DNA of 64,000 bases, taken from Candidatus Bathyarchaeota archaeon (GTDB taxonomy: Archaea; Thermoproteota; Bathyarchaeia; Bathyarchaeales; Bathycorpusculaceae). The translations under genes and the position numbers were made by a program. The DNA is taken from contig CAVPJA010000004.1 of assembly GCA_963705145.1 (NCBI GenBank), positions 43,810-107,809 on the forward strand, given 5' to 3'. Below are positions 20,029 to 30,873 of the stretch, one piece after another. The notes under the pieces are model-generated. The model saw only the letters and a program-made list of their open reading frames with translations. It ran no database searches and was not told the origin of the DNA. Within the stretch, counting starts at the first letter, position 1, and each line of letters begins with the position of its first letter.

Positions 20029-20607
20029 TTAACCCACTAAATTTGATAGAACCTCGTAGGTTTTGAGGCTATCCTTCTTTTCAACCACCATGATTGTTTC
20101 TGTCCAGCAAGAAATGAACTCGATAATGTTCACATTCTGTTCAGCTAGAAGGGTTGCTAGAAACGCGACAACTCCCGGTGTAGCTTCAAGTTCTTCGGGC
20201 GAATGCACAACAATCATCGTGCAATTATCATGCTTAACTAAAGTGCTTATGCGTTCAGGCAAATCGCTTCGATCAAGCAAATAAACGAATTTACCCATTA
20301 AATCCACCTTCATACCTGTTTGTGTAGGCATTTCTTTAGCCGTTATCATAACGGATTTTCGGTCATAAACAGCAATGTTGCTTCGTTTAAGGAGTTGGAG
20401 AACTTTTTCTTCTCTTTTTTGCTTGTGTTTCTGCAGTTCCTCTGAGTAGCGACGCAGGGCGGCTTTTATAGCGCTTGTATCGTCGGTTTTTAGTTCTTTC
20501 TGGATTTGCCGTGAGAGTTCGCTTAGGTTGACTATGCCTTTTTCTAGAGCTTCAAGTAGGTATGGTTTGTTTCGCAAGTGATTTCTAACGTTTTGAGCTA
20601 TTGTCAA
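20029..20607 (-). CDS. ACT-domain putative amino-acid-responsive regulator
   Basis: N-terminal HTH-like GIVNLSELSRQI...AIKAALRR; C-terminal ACT TPGVVAFL...NVNIIEFISC; likely TTG start at 20607. Confidence 0.75.
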   Translation of the reverse strand: MTIAQNVRNHLRNKPYLLEALEKGIVNLSELSRQIQKELKTDDTSAIKAALRRYSEELQKHKQKREEKVLQLLKRSNIAVYDRKSVMITAKEMPTQTGMKVDLMGKFVYLLDRSDLPERISTLVKHDNCTMIVVHSPEELEATPGVVAFLATLLAEQNVNIIEFISCWTETIMVVEKKDSLKTYEVLSNLVG

Positions 20608-20635
20608 GGTGTTCTGTGAATGTATCAAATGGGAC

Positions 20636-20679
20636 ATTTAAAGCTTGTTAAGTGACAAAAAAGTCACAAGGTTTAAAAA
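20636..20679. promoter_or_regulatory. Divergent promoters (ACT regulator / argG) flanking a GTGAC-A6-GTCAC palindrome
   Basis: Minus-strand TATA-like at 20636-20643, plus-strand TTTAAAAA at 20672-20679, palindrome at 20652-20667. Confidence 0.5.
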
Positions 20680-20734
20680 TACAGCCCTTAAGGTTGTTGG
20701 AATAAATTTAGGACAAAAATGGGGGAGCAAACAC

Positions 20735-21952
20735 ATAACCGATAAATTTGTATTAGCGTACTCAGGCGGATTAGACACATCCGTGTTAATAAAATACCTC
20801 CAAGAAAAGTATAATGCGCAAGTAATCACAGTAACAGTAGACGTTGGTCAACAAGAAGACATCAAGGCAGCTGAGGAAAAAGCAAAAAAACTCGGAGTCC
20901 TCAAACATTTCTCCATCGACGCCAAAGACGAGTTTGCCAAAGACTACATTTTTCCTGCCATAAAAGCCAACGCACTCTACGAAGGAAAATATCCAATAAG
21001 CACAAGTTTATCTAGACCATTAATCGCCAAAAAAATGGTTGAAATCGCCGAAAAAGAAGGTGCAACAGGCTTAGCGCACGGCTGCACAGGAAGAGGCAAC
21101 GACCAAGTACGCTTCGACGTAACATTAGGATCATTAGCACCTGAAATGAAAATTATTGCTCCAGTACGCGAATGGGGTATGACACGAGACGAAGAAATCG
21201 CCTACGCCAAAACCAAAGGAATCCCAGTATCGAACGCCGCCAAAAAATATAGTATCGACGCGAGTGTTTGGGGAAGAGCTATCGAATGCGGTTTACTTGA
21301 AGACGCAAGTCAAGCGCCGCCAGAAGACGCATATGAGTGGACAACTTCACCAGAAAAAGCTCCCAACACACCTGAAATTGTTACTATCAATTTTGAAGCG
21401 GGAGTTCCAGTTGCAGTTAATGGCAAAAACATGTTGCCTCTTGAGCTAATCGAAGAAATTAACAAGATTGCTGGCAAGAACGGTGTTGGTCGCATTGACC
21501 ATATTGAAGATCGTTTAGTCGGAATAAAATCTCGTGAAGTCTACGAGTGCCCAGCAGCCACTGTTATTCTCGAAGCCCACAAAGACCTCGAGAAAATGGT
21601 TATGACTCGGCATGAAGTGTTGTTCAAGCAGCAAATCGATGCCGAATGGGTGTTTCTGGCTTATGCAGGTTTGTGGGTTGACCCGCTCAAAGATGACTTG
21701 GACGCGTTCATTAACAAATCCCAAGAAAATGTCACCGGCGAGGTCAAGCTTAAACTCTATAAAGGGAGCCTCCAAGTCATAGGACGTTCCTCTCCAAACT
21801 CACTCTACGACAAAAACCTAGCCAACTACAACATCAAAACCAGCTTTAACCAATCCTACTCTAAAGGATTCATCGAACTCTGGGGATTGCAAACAAGAAT
21901 GTACAACACGCTAAAGAAAGCCAGCAAGAAGCCGAAGACAAAGAAAGCCTAA
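20735..21952 (+). CDS. argG: Argininosuccinate synthase (probable non-canonical ATA start)
   Basis: VLAYSGGLDTS, HGCTGRGNDQVRF, KSREVYE; GGGGGAG SD-like motif shortly upstream of ATA 20735. Confidence 0.95.
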   Translation: MTDKFVLAYSGGLDTSVLIKYLQEKYNAQVITVTVDVGQQEDIKAAEEKAKKLGVLKHFSIDAKDEFAKDYIFPAIKANALYEGKYPISTSLSRPLIAKKMVEIAEKEGATGLAHGCTGRGNDQVRFDVTLGSLAPEMKIIAPVREWGMTRDEEIAYAKTKGIPVSNAAKKYSIDASVWGRAIECGLLEDASQAPPEDAYEWTTSPEKAPNTPEIVTINFEAGVPVAVNGKNMLPLELIEEINKIAGKNGVGRIDHIEDRLVGIKSREVYECPAATVILEAHKDLEKMVMTRHEVLFKQQIDAEWVFLAYAGLWVDPLKDDLDAFINKSQENVTGEVKLKLYKGSLQVIGRSSPNSLYDKNLANYNIKTSFNQSYSKGFIELWGLQTRMYNTLKKASKKPKTKKA

Positions 21953-22002
21953 TTATTCAATAAAGAACATAACTGGAAGGAGGGCAAGGAAAAACGTCGA
22001 AG

Positions 22003-23505
22003 ATGCTGCATGGAGGACGACTGGGCAATGTTCGAGAAGACGTTGCTAAATTCACCTCCTCACGCAAAGATGATGCGCGGTTAGCTGATGCTGTTTTAGC
22101 GATTAACAAAGCGCACGTCGTTATGTTGATGGAACAGAAAATCATCAATTTGTCAGATGGCGCAAAAATCCTAAAAGCTCTCCAAAAAATAGACCGCCAA
22201 AAACTTGACCCTAACGCTGAAGACGTCCATATGGCAGTGGAAGAAGCCGTTTTAGCTGAGACTGGTCCTGAGGTAGGCGGAAACCTGCATATCGCCAAAA
22301 GCAGAAACGATCAGGTAACAACAGCCCTTCGCATGGAACTGCGAAACGAATTATTAAGTGTCATGCAGCAAGTGCTCAACATGCAGGAAAGCTTCCTGAA
22401 ATCCGCCAGTAAACACACTGAAACCATCATCTTAGCTTACACTCACCTTCAACCAGCTCAACCAGTGACCTTCGCCCATTACTTGCTTTCACATGTTGAA
22501 GCTTTAGGGCGAGATTTGCAGAGATTGCAGAGTGCTTACGAACGGATTAACTTGTGTCCTTTGGGCGCTGGAGCATTGGCAACCACAAGCTTCCCTATAA
22601 ACCGCAAAACTACAGCCGAACTCTTAGGCTTCGATGCAGTATTAGAGAATTCGATCGATGCGGTTGGCAGCCGAGATTTCATCCTCGAAACCCAATCAGC
22701 ACTAACTTTGCTTGCGGTGAACTTAAGCCGTATAGCTGAAGACCTGATTATCTGGAGTTCACCTGAATTCGGCACAGTTGAGTTGTCAGACGAATTCACA
22801 TCAACCAGCAGCATCATGCCTCAAAAGAAGAACCCTGAAGTACTCGAGGTCATCCGCGCACGAGCCAGTTATGCCTTGGGCGATTTCGTTGCTTCAGCTG
22901 CTGCCCTCAAAAGCTTACCCTCAACTTACAACCTTGATTTCCAAGAAATAACTCCTAAGCTTTGGTCATCAACCGACAACCTCACAGCTTCACTTAGAAT
23001 TTTTGTGAAACTTATTCCTAACTTGAAGGTTACTTCGAACGTTGAAAACAAGGCTGCAGCAGGATTCGTGGGCGCAACCGAACTTGCGAACATGCTTGTG
23101 AGAAAATATGGCGTAGCTTTTCGAACCTCCCACAAGATAGTTGGTGCTTTAGTCAAAGCACTAATCGATTCGAAACAGACTTTGTTCGATGCGACACCTG
23201 AATTGCTAACGAAAGTGGCTATGAAATCAGTAGGAATCCAGTTAACTGTAAAAAAAGTAGACATAGTTGAATGCACAAATCCCCGCAAACTAATCGAAAC
23301 CTATAAAGTACAAGGTGGTCCATCACCCGCAGAGGTCGAAAGAGCAATCATATCAACCAACAAAACCCTGATACAGACAAAAACAAACGTTACAAAACTC
23401 CAAGAAAACCTTGCAACCGCAGAAAAAACCCTTAACTCTACCGTGAAATCCTGCTCTCAAATTGTCTCTTCCAAAAACGGAAGACTTAAAAATTCACAGT
23501 TATAG
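22003..23505 (+). CDS. argH: Argininosuccinate lyase
   Basis: SRNDQV, YTHLQPAQP, SSIMPQKKNP. Confidence 0.95.
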   Translation: MLHGGRLGNVREDVAKFTSSRKDDARLADAVLAINKAHVVMLMEQKIINLSDGAKILKALQKIDRQKLDPNAEDVHMAVEEAVLAETGPEVGGNLHIAKSRNDQVTTALRMELRNELLSVMQQVLNMQESFLKSASKHTETIILAYTHLQPAQPVTFAHYLLSHVEALGRDLQRLQSAYERINLCPLGAGALATTSFPINRKTTAELLGFDAVLENSIDAVGSRDFILETQSALTLLAVNLSRIAEDLIIWSSPEFGTVELSDEFTSTSSIMPQKKNPEVLEVIRARASYALGDFVASAAALKSLPSTYNLDFQEITPKLWSSTDNLTASLRIFVKLIPNLKVTSNVENKAAAGFVGATELANMLVRKYGVAFRTSHKIVGALVKALIDSKQTLFDATPELLTKVAMKSVGIQLTVKKVDIVECTNPRKLIETYKVQGGPSPAEVERAIISTNKTLIQTKTNVTKLQENLATAEKTLNSTVKSCSQIVSSKNGRLKNSQL

Positions 23506-23518
23506 GTTGAATAGGGCT

Positions 23519-24664
23519 TTGGTCCCACAATTTAACACGTCCAACGAAAACAAAAAAGCGATACTGCTTCTTGAAGACGGAACGTCATTTATCGGCAAAG
23601 GTTTTGGGGCAACAGGAAAAATTTCTGGTGAAGTTGTTTTCTCAACCCAGATGGTTGGTTACCCAGAAGCCTTGACTGACCCATCTTATAAAGGGCAAGT
23701 TCTCACTTTCACTTATCCTATGGTGGGAAACTATGGAGTCCCATCCAACGAATTAAACCTCGGAATGCCACTTTATTTCGAATCTGACCATATCCAAGTA
23801 CAAGGCTTAATTATCCATGAATTATGTCATGAGCCGTTCCATTGGGCTTCCACAAGAACACTTGATAAATGGCTGGCAGATGAAGGCGTTCCTGGAATCT
23901 ATGGCTTAGATACAAGACGCTTAACAAAGAAACTTCGAACTTTCGGTGTAATGTTAGGGATTTTGCAGGTTTTTGAAGCGGGTGAAGAACCCAATTTGGA
24001 TGCAATTTTGAAGAACGGCAAAAATATCGCCGATCCAAACTTGACTGATTTGGTTAGAGAAGTGTCCGTGAAAAAACCCATCAAGTATAGCGTTGATGGT
24101 AAGAAAACTGTTGTTTTAATTGACTGTGGAGTCAAATACAGTATTATTCGAAATCTGCTTAGAAGGGGCATAGATGTTGTGCGTGTGCCATATGATACTT
24201 CAGCCAGCGAAATCATGACTTACCACCCAGACGGGGTTTTCTTGAGTAATGGTCCGGGTGACCCTAAGAAATGCACAAAAACAATTGCATCTATTCGGGA
24301 ATTGTCTGAGAAGGTCCCACTCATGGGTATCTGTCTTGGTGCTCAAATATTGGCGTTGTCAATGGGAGGGGACACTTACAAACTTAAGTTTGGTCATCGC
24401 GCCCAAAACCAACCTGCTCTTGATTTAAACAGTAATCGTTGCTACATTACAACTCAAAACCACGGTTACGCGATAAACTTAGAATCACTAAAGAAAACAC
24501 CGTTGGAACCTTGGTTCATTAATCCTAACGATAAAACTACTGAAGGTGTCAAACACAAAAATAAGCCAGTTTTCGCTGTCCAATGGCATCCTGAAGCTTC
24601 GCCTGGACCGTACGACACTGAGTTGCTGTTTGATAAATTCGCTAAAACCTTGGAGATCACTTAA
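23519..24664 (+). CDS. carA: Carbamoyl-phosphate synthase small subunit
   Basis: [29 protein letters not shown]. Confidence 0.95.
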   Translation: MVPQFNTSNENKKAILLLEDGTSFIGKGFGATGKISGEVVFSTQMVGYPEALTDPSYKGQVLTFTYPMVGNYGVPSNELNLGMPLYFESDHIQVQGLIIHELCHEPFHWASTRTLDKWLADEGVPGIYGLDTRRLTKKLRTFGVMLGILQVFEAGEEPNLDAILKNGKNIADPNLTDLVREVSVKKPIKYSVDGKKTVVLIDCGVKYSIIRNLLRRGIDVVRVPYDTSASEIMTYHPDGVFLSNGPGDPKKCTKTIASIRELSEKVPLMGICLGAQILALSMGGDTYKLKFGHRAQNQPALDLNSNRCYITTQNHGYAINLESLKKTPLEPWFINPNDKTTEGVKHKNKPVFAVQWHPEASPGPYDTELLFDKFAKTLEIT

Positions 24665-24666
24665 GG

Positions 24667-27600
24667 ATGCCAAAGTTTGATTGGATAAAGAAAGTTATGG
24701 TTCTTGGTAGCGGCGCCATTAAAATTGGGGAAGCAGCTGAATTCGATTATTCAGGTAGCCAATGTCTTAAAGCTCTGCGAGAAGAAGGCATTGAGACTGT
24801 TCTAATTAACCCTAACATTGCAACTATTCAGACTGACCCTAGGCTTTCAGGTAAAGTTTACCTTCTCCCAGTTACCCCAGAGTTTGTAGAGAAAGTTATC
24901 GAGAAAGAGCGTCCAGACGGCATTCTGCTTGGTTTCGGCGGGCAAACAGCTTTAAACTGTGGTTTAGAACTGGAAAAAACAGGTATCCTCCAAAAATACA
25001 ATGTTAAAGTTTTAGGTACACCTGTAAAAGCTATCGAAGACACTGGTGACCGTGAACGTTTTCGCCAAGCAATGCTTGAAGCTGGCGTTCCACCTCTAGA
25101 AAGCAAATCGGCGACAACCGTTAAGTACGCTTTGGAAGTTGCCGATGAAATCGGTTATCCTGTCATCGTTCGAGTAGCTTACACTTTAGGTGGAAAAGGT
25201 TCAGGCGTAGCCCACAACGTTTCTGAATTAAAAGAAATCGCGACCCGCGGAATAGCTCAGAGTCGAATCGGCCAAATCCTAATTGAAGAATACGTTGGGC
25301 ACTGGAAAGAAGTCGAATACGAAGTCATGCGTGACTACGCAGACAACTGCTTAACGGTCTGCAACATGGAAAACTTCGATCCCATGGGCGTCCACACAGG
25401 AGACTCAATTGTAGTAGCTCCGTCTCAAACCATGACGAACCGTGAGTACCACCTAATCCGCTCAATCTCCATAAACGCAATCCGCCACTTGGGTATCGTT
25501 GGCGAATGCAACATTCAATGGGCACTCAACACTCAATCCGAGGAATGCCGCGTTATAGAAGTTAACTCACGTATGTCCCGCAGTTCCGCGTTAGCAAGCA
25601 AAGTTACAGGGTATCCCCTAGCTTACATAGCCACCAAACTCACATTGGGATACACTCTTCCAGAATTAATTAACAAAGTAACGGAAGTCACTACAGCATG
25701 CTTTGAACCAGCCCTCGACTATATAACCGTCAAAATCCCAAGGTGGGACCTCCAGAAATTCAAGAATGCCGATCGCCATGTCGGTCCGCAGATGCGTTCC
25801 GTAGGAGAAGTTATGGCAATTGGTCGCTGTTTTGAAGAAGCGCTCCAAAAAGCCGTACGCATGTTGGATATAGGAAAGATTGGTTTAGTTTGCAATCCGG
25901 AAGAAGATCGCAGAAATCGAATCAGAAGAGCGAATAAGAGACGAAATCGCAAACCCCACTGACGAACGCCTTTACAAACTTGTTAAAGCCTTAAAACTGG
26001 GCATACCTATCAATGAGATATACCGTTTAAGCGGCGTAGACCCCTTCTTTCTGTATAAAATCCAAAACATAATAGACATGGAAACACAACTCTGCAGCCT
26101 AAACCTAGCAGAAACCTCTGCGCCAGAAACAATCCGTGAGGCAAAACGCATTGGTTTCTCAGATGAACAAATCGCTCAATGCCAAAAAACTGATGAATTC
26201 ACGATTAGGGCATTTAGAAAAGGCGCAAATATTCTTCCCGTTATAAAACAGATTGACACGTTGGCAGCGGAATGGCCTGCAAAAACCAACTATCTCTACC
26301 TAACCTACGGCGGAGATGAGGACGATATAGAATTATCCAGCAACCCGTCCAAAGTTATCGTGCTTGGCGCAGGCGTTTTCCGAATCGGGTCAAGTGTGGA
26401 ATTCGATTGGTGCGGCGTTAACACGATTTGGGCGCTTAAAAAGAACGGCGTAAAAGAAGCTATAATGGTCAACTACAACCCTGAAACCGTCTCCACAGAC
26501 TACGATGTCTCAGACAAACTCTACTTTGAAGAATTATCAATCGAGCGGATTTTGGACATTTACGAGAAAGAAAATCCGTTGGGTGTAATAACCAGCGTCG
26601 GAGGACAAATCCCCAACAATTTAGCTATGCCACTCTCAAAAGCAGGCGTAAATCTCTTGGGCACTTCAGCGGAGAACGTGGATTTGGCTGAAGACCGATC
26701 AAAATTTAGTGCTCTTCTAGATCAACTTGGCATTTGCCAGCCCAGCTGGAGCAAACTCTTATCGATTGATGATGCAAAACGCTTCGCTCAAAAAATAGGG
26801 TACCCTGTTCTTGTTAGACCCAGTTATGTGCTGTCGGGTTCAGCTATGCGTGTTGCCTACAACGAGGTATCACTAGAAAACTTTTTGAATTTAGCTGCCA
26901 AAGTTTCGCGCGACCATCCGGTAGTAATCAGTAAATTCATAACTCAAGCCAAAGAAGTCGAAGTAGATGGTGTCTCCGACGGCGAAAACGTATTCATCGG
27001 CGCCATAATGGAGCATGTGGAGAACGCTGGTGTCCACAGTGGCGACGCAACCATGACTATTCCCCCTCAAGCACTAAAGATTGAGGTTCAAAAGAAAATC
27101 GAAGAGTGCACCCAAAGTATAGTGAAAGCATTGCAAATTCACGGACCATACAACATACAGTACCTCGTCAAAGACGATGTTGTCAACGTTATCGAATGCA
27201 ACCTAAGAGCCTCGCGTTCCATGCCCTTTGTTAGCAAAACTCGGGGCATAAACATGATTGAGTTGGCGACTTTGGCGATGCTGGGCAAAAAAATCAACGG
27301 AGTCAAACTCTCCCCAATGACTGTTGCACCTCATGTCGGTGTGAAGGTTCCGCAGTTTAGCTTTATGCGATTAAGCGGAGCTGACCCAGTTTTGGGCGTG
27401 GAAATGCTTAGTACTGGAGAGGTAGCGTGTCTTGGGGAAAACTTTTCGGATGCCTTCTCGAAGGCGTTGCAGGCTGCCGAATTCACGATTCCTCCCAAAG
27501 ATGGCAAAGTGTTCATAAGCGTCGGCGGCGATGAAGCCCGAAAGGCGCGTGTTGTGCCGATTGCCAAAGCACTTGCTGAAATGGGCTTTAAAATCTACGC

Positions 27601-27946
27601 AACTCAACACACAGCCGACGTGCTAAACGCCCACGGAGTAACCGCCACCGTACTATACAAGGTCAAGGACGCTCAAGTTAGCCCCAACATAATGGATTAT
27701 TTGCAGGAGCGCAAAATCGACCTAGTAATAAACGTGCCAATGGCTAACAGACACTCAAGCATCTCCGACATCCTAACCGACGGCTACATCATACGGCGCC
27801 AAGCAGTAGAATTCAACATCCCAGTCATCACTAACCTGCAACTCGCGGTGGCGCTAGTGGAAGTGCTCAAGCAGAAAGGACAAAACGGCAATTCCATTCG
27901 CTCATTAAACGAGTACATGGACGACTTACCTTGGAAACAATGGTAA
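24667..27946 (+). CDS. carB: Carbamoyl-phosphate synthase large subunit; +1 frameshift near 25899-25909
   Basis: [22 protein letters not shown]. The second frame resumes with NPTDERLY well before ATG 26078, then a second ATP-grasp and an MGS domain. Confidence 0.92.
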
Positions 27947-28058
27947 ATCCACCGCGCTCTCTTTAACCTCCTCACGAAATATTGTGAATAAACTAGTTTT
28001 ATGCGCAAATATTATATTCTTGCCGTGCCTTTTCGATTGAGCATTAAGGTAATCTACT

Positions 28059-29561
28059 TTGTCTAACCAAGCTAAGACTCGGACAGTAGAAGAGATTAAC
28101 CAGAAAATCCGCAAGGGAGACGCTCAAGTTTTAACAGCTGAAGAAATGAAGAAGCTGGTTGAGAGCAGCGGTGTTGAGGTTGCCTTCAAAGAAGTTGATG
28201 TGGTTACCACGGGCACTTTTGGAGCCATGTGTTCATCTGGAGCGGTTGTCAACCTTGGACATTCTGATCCACCCATAAAGATTGAACACGCATGGATCAA
28301 CGATGTGGAAGTTTGCCACCCAGGCGCTGCGGTCGACCTATTCATTGGTGCGACCAACATGTCCGAGAAGCAACCTTATGAGTATGGTGGGGGACACGTT
28401 ATCCAAGACTTGGTGGCTGGAAAAGAAGTTGAACTAAGAGCCACCTCATATGGAACCGATTGTTACCCACGAACCTCGATAAAAACAACCTTGACAAAAG
28501 ATGATTTAAACCAGTTTTATCTGCTTAACTTCCGCAATTGCTACCAACGCTACAATTGCGCCGTAAATAGCAGCGACGAGGTCATCTACACTTACATGAG
28601 CAAACTTCTGCCCAGACTGCGAAACGCCACCTACTCAGGTGCAGGTGAACTTAACCCTCTTATGAATGACCCAGACTACGAAACCATGGGCATGGGAACC
28701 CGCATCTTTCTTGGCGGCGGACAAGGATACATCATAGGTGAGGGAACCCAGCATAGCCCCAAAAATCTCAATGGAACATTAATGGTTAAAGGCGATGCGA
28801 AGAAGATGTCACCTGAATTTTTGCAGGGTGGCGCCTTCACGGGTTATGGCACTTCATTGTACATTGGTTTGGGAGTTCCAATTCCAATTTTGAACGAGGG
28901 TTTGGCGAAGAAAACTGGTATTCAAGACAAAGATATCTTAACCGACATAATCGATTACAGCGTGCCGCGTCGTGACCGCCCCACGTTTGGGAAAGTGAGT
29001 TACAAGGAACTAAAATCTGGTTCAATAACCGTTAACGCAAAGAAAGTCAGGGTCAGTTCGCTTTCAAGCCTGAAAATGGCAAAGAAAGTTTCGCAAACAC
29101 TCAAATCGTGGATTGACGAAGGCACATTCTTCTTAACTTCTCCTGTTGAGAGGTTGCCAACAACAACGATATTTAAGGCTATGAGGCAAACCGAAGAAAT
29201 TCCATTCGTTTATAACGTAATGCATCGTGCTGTTACATGCACCGAAGACGAAGAGATCCAAGCTATTGCAAAACGCATCGTCACGAAATCAGTCAACCAC
29301 ATCGTGGTGGTAGATGAAACTGGTAAACTAAAAGGAATCGTAACATCGTGGGACATCACACGCGCCATGGCTGAAGGCAAAAAAGCATTAGCCGACATAG
29401 AATCCCACAACGTAGTCACTGCAAAACCTGATGAACCACTCGAAATTGCTTCTAAACGAATGGCTCAAAACAACATCTCTGCTTTGCCTGTGATTGATAT
29501 TGAGCGAAAAGTGCTGGGCATAATCACTTCAGAAGACGTTTCCAGACTATTAGGACGGTAA
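28059..29561 (+). CDS. L-aspartate semialdehyde sulfurtransferase (DUF39 + 2 CBS; homocysteine biosynthesis, MA1821/MJ0100-like)
   Basis: DVVTTGTFGAMCSSG, GGGHVI, GTDCYP, C-terminal CBS pair. Confidence 0.9.
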   Translation: MSNQAKTRTVEEINQKIRKGDAQVLTAEEMKKLVESSGVEVAFKEVDVVTTGTFGAMCSSGAVVNLGHSDPPIKIEHAWINDVEVCHPGAAVDLFIGATNMSEKQPYEYGGGHVIQDLVAGKEVELRATSYGTDCYPRTSIKTTLTKDDLNQFYLLNFRNCYQRYNCAVNSSDEVIYTYMSKLLPRLRNATYSGAGELNPLMNDPDYETMGMGTRIFLGGGQGYIIGEGTQHSPKNLNGTLMVKGDAKKMSPEFLQGGAFTGYGTSLYIGLGVPIPILNEGLAKKTGIQDKDILTDIIDYSVPRRDRPTFGKVSYKELKSGSITVNAKKVRVSSLSSLKMAKKVSQTLKSWIDEGTFFLTSPVERLPTTTIFKAMRQTEEIPFVYNVMHRAVTCTEDEEIQAIAKRIVTKSVNHIVVVDETGKLKGIVTSWDITRAMAEGKKALADIESHNVVTAKPDEPLEIASKRMAQNNISALPVIDIERKVLGIITSEDVSRLLGR

Positions 29562-29565
29562 TTAA

Positions 29566-30000
29566 ATGGGAAGAATTCTAATAAGATTCAACGAAGACCA
29601 AGTTTCAGAGCCCATAGCATCCCAAATAATTATTGAATACAAAGTGCCAATGGCAATTTTGTCAGCACACATAAACTCAAAGGGTGGCGAAATTCTAGCT
29701 GAAGTCCCCGACGAGATACTGGAAAAAGTTGTTAATGCTTTCCGAAATAGAGGCATCTCAGTAACAGTTCCCAAACTAATTGAGGTTGATTCGGACAAAT
29801 GTTTTAGTTGCGGTAGCTGCATCGCACTTTGCCCAGTGGAAGCTATAAGCTTAACCAAAGACTCAACTGTCCAGTTTGATAAAGAGAAATGTGTTGGCAG
29901 CACATGCAGCGTTTGTGTTGATGCATGCCCCGCTCGAGCCATTAAATCGGTTAAACCAAACAATAATGGTACATCAGCCAATAGGGAAAAGAAACGTTGA
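29566..30000 (+). CDS. NIL-domain ferredoxin partner of homocysteine synthesis (MA1822/MJ0099-like)
   Basis: NIL-like N-terminus, CFSCGSCIALCP and C..CSVCVDACP. Confidence 0.85.
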   Translation: MGRILIRFNEDQVSEPIASQIIIEYKVPMAILSAHINSKGGEILAEVPDEILEKVVNAFRNRGISVTVPKLIEVDSDKCFSCGSCIALCPVEAISLTKDSTVQFDKEKCVGSTCSVCVDACPARAIKSVKPNNNGTSANREKKR

Positions 30001-30701
30001 CAGGACAACTTTTCAAGGAAAGCTTTTCCCTAAAAGAGACCCAATGCACAATCCTTTCTGATAGGCAGCAAGCTATCCAAGCCGCCATAGAATCCATTGA
30101 GCGCAACCGTCAAGAGTTGGAACTTTACGCTAGGGCTAACCCAAAGTTTTTATACACTCTAAAACCCATCGTTGTACCAGAAAAACCTCTTGTAGCAAAG
30201 TTAATGGCGATAGCAGCCCAAAAAGCAACTGTTGGACCAATGGCAGCTGTTGCAGGAGCTTTAGCTGACTTAGCCGTAGAAGACATGAAACGGGAAGGTT
30301 GCGAGGTTGCGCTTGTGGAGGACGGTGGCGAAATATCAGCAACCTCAAACCGGTCAATTGATGTAGCAGTTGCCGCAGGCGAGGAGCTCCTCTCAAAACG
30401 TTTCGGCTTCAGGCTCTCCGAATTCCCAATCGGCGTCGCCACGAGTTCAGGTCGATTCAGCCACGCACTCAGTTTTGGTGACGCAGAAGCCGCCATAGTT
30501 TTCTGCAAAGACGCCACCTTGGCAGATGCAGCCGCCACAGCCGTTGGCAACGTGGTAAAAGGTGAAGATGCACAGGATGGGATTAAAGCGGGAATCAATA
30601 GGGGCTTGTCGATTGAAGGTGTTGATGGCGTGCTTATACTGTACAAGGGTCAGGTTGGGACGGCGGGAAAAATTCCACAAATAATAAAGATTGAACCTTG
30701 A
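29997..30701 (+). CDS. UPF0280 ApbE-like protein (sulfide assimilation, MA1715-like)
   Basis: VGPMAAVAG, EDGGEI, TSSG...LSFGDA, LADAAATA. Confidence 0.88.
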   Translation: MTGQLFKESFSLKETQCTILSDRQQAIQAAIESIERNRQELELYARANPKFLYTLKPIVVPEKPLVAKLMAIAAQKATVGPMAAVAGALADLAVEDMKREGCEVALVEDGGEISATSNRSIDVAVAAGEELLSKRFGFRLSEFPIGVATSSGRFSHALSFGDAEAAIVFCKDATLADAAATAVGNVVKGEDAQDGIKAGINRGLSIEGVDGVLILYKGQVGTAGKIPQIIKIEP

Positions 30702-30823
30702 AGAAACGCCTGAAATTTTCTATTTTTGCCATTTTTTTAATTTTTATTGGCTCAAGAAGCTTGCACACCAACAAAAACACATTTGCTATGGCAATGGGAA
30801 GGTATTTAGTTGTAGCCTGAATC

Positions 30824-30838
30824 CGAAACGCTTATATT
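30824..30838 (+). promoter_or_regulatory. BRE/TATA promoter of the aromatic amino-acid operon
   Basis: CGAAAC followed by CTTATATT, ~180 nt upstream of the first enzyme gene. Confidence 0.55.
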
Positions 30839-30873
30839 TTTTGGGATATGACTGATTGAACAGGTTCGAAGCA

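Noticed and set aside
25890-26080. Naturally split carB1/carB2 or a programmed frameshift
   Set aside because: The conserved NPTDERLY segment lies in the second frame upstream of its first ATG and there is no slippery heptamer. A single indel explains it.
28001-28066. Short ORF upstream of the homocysteine operon as a possible leader peptide
   Set aside because: No Met/Cys enrichment, and it overlaps the probable TATA box.
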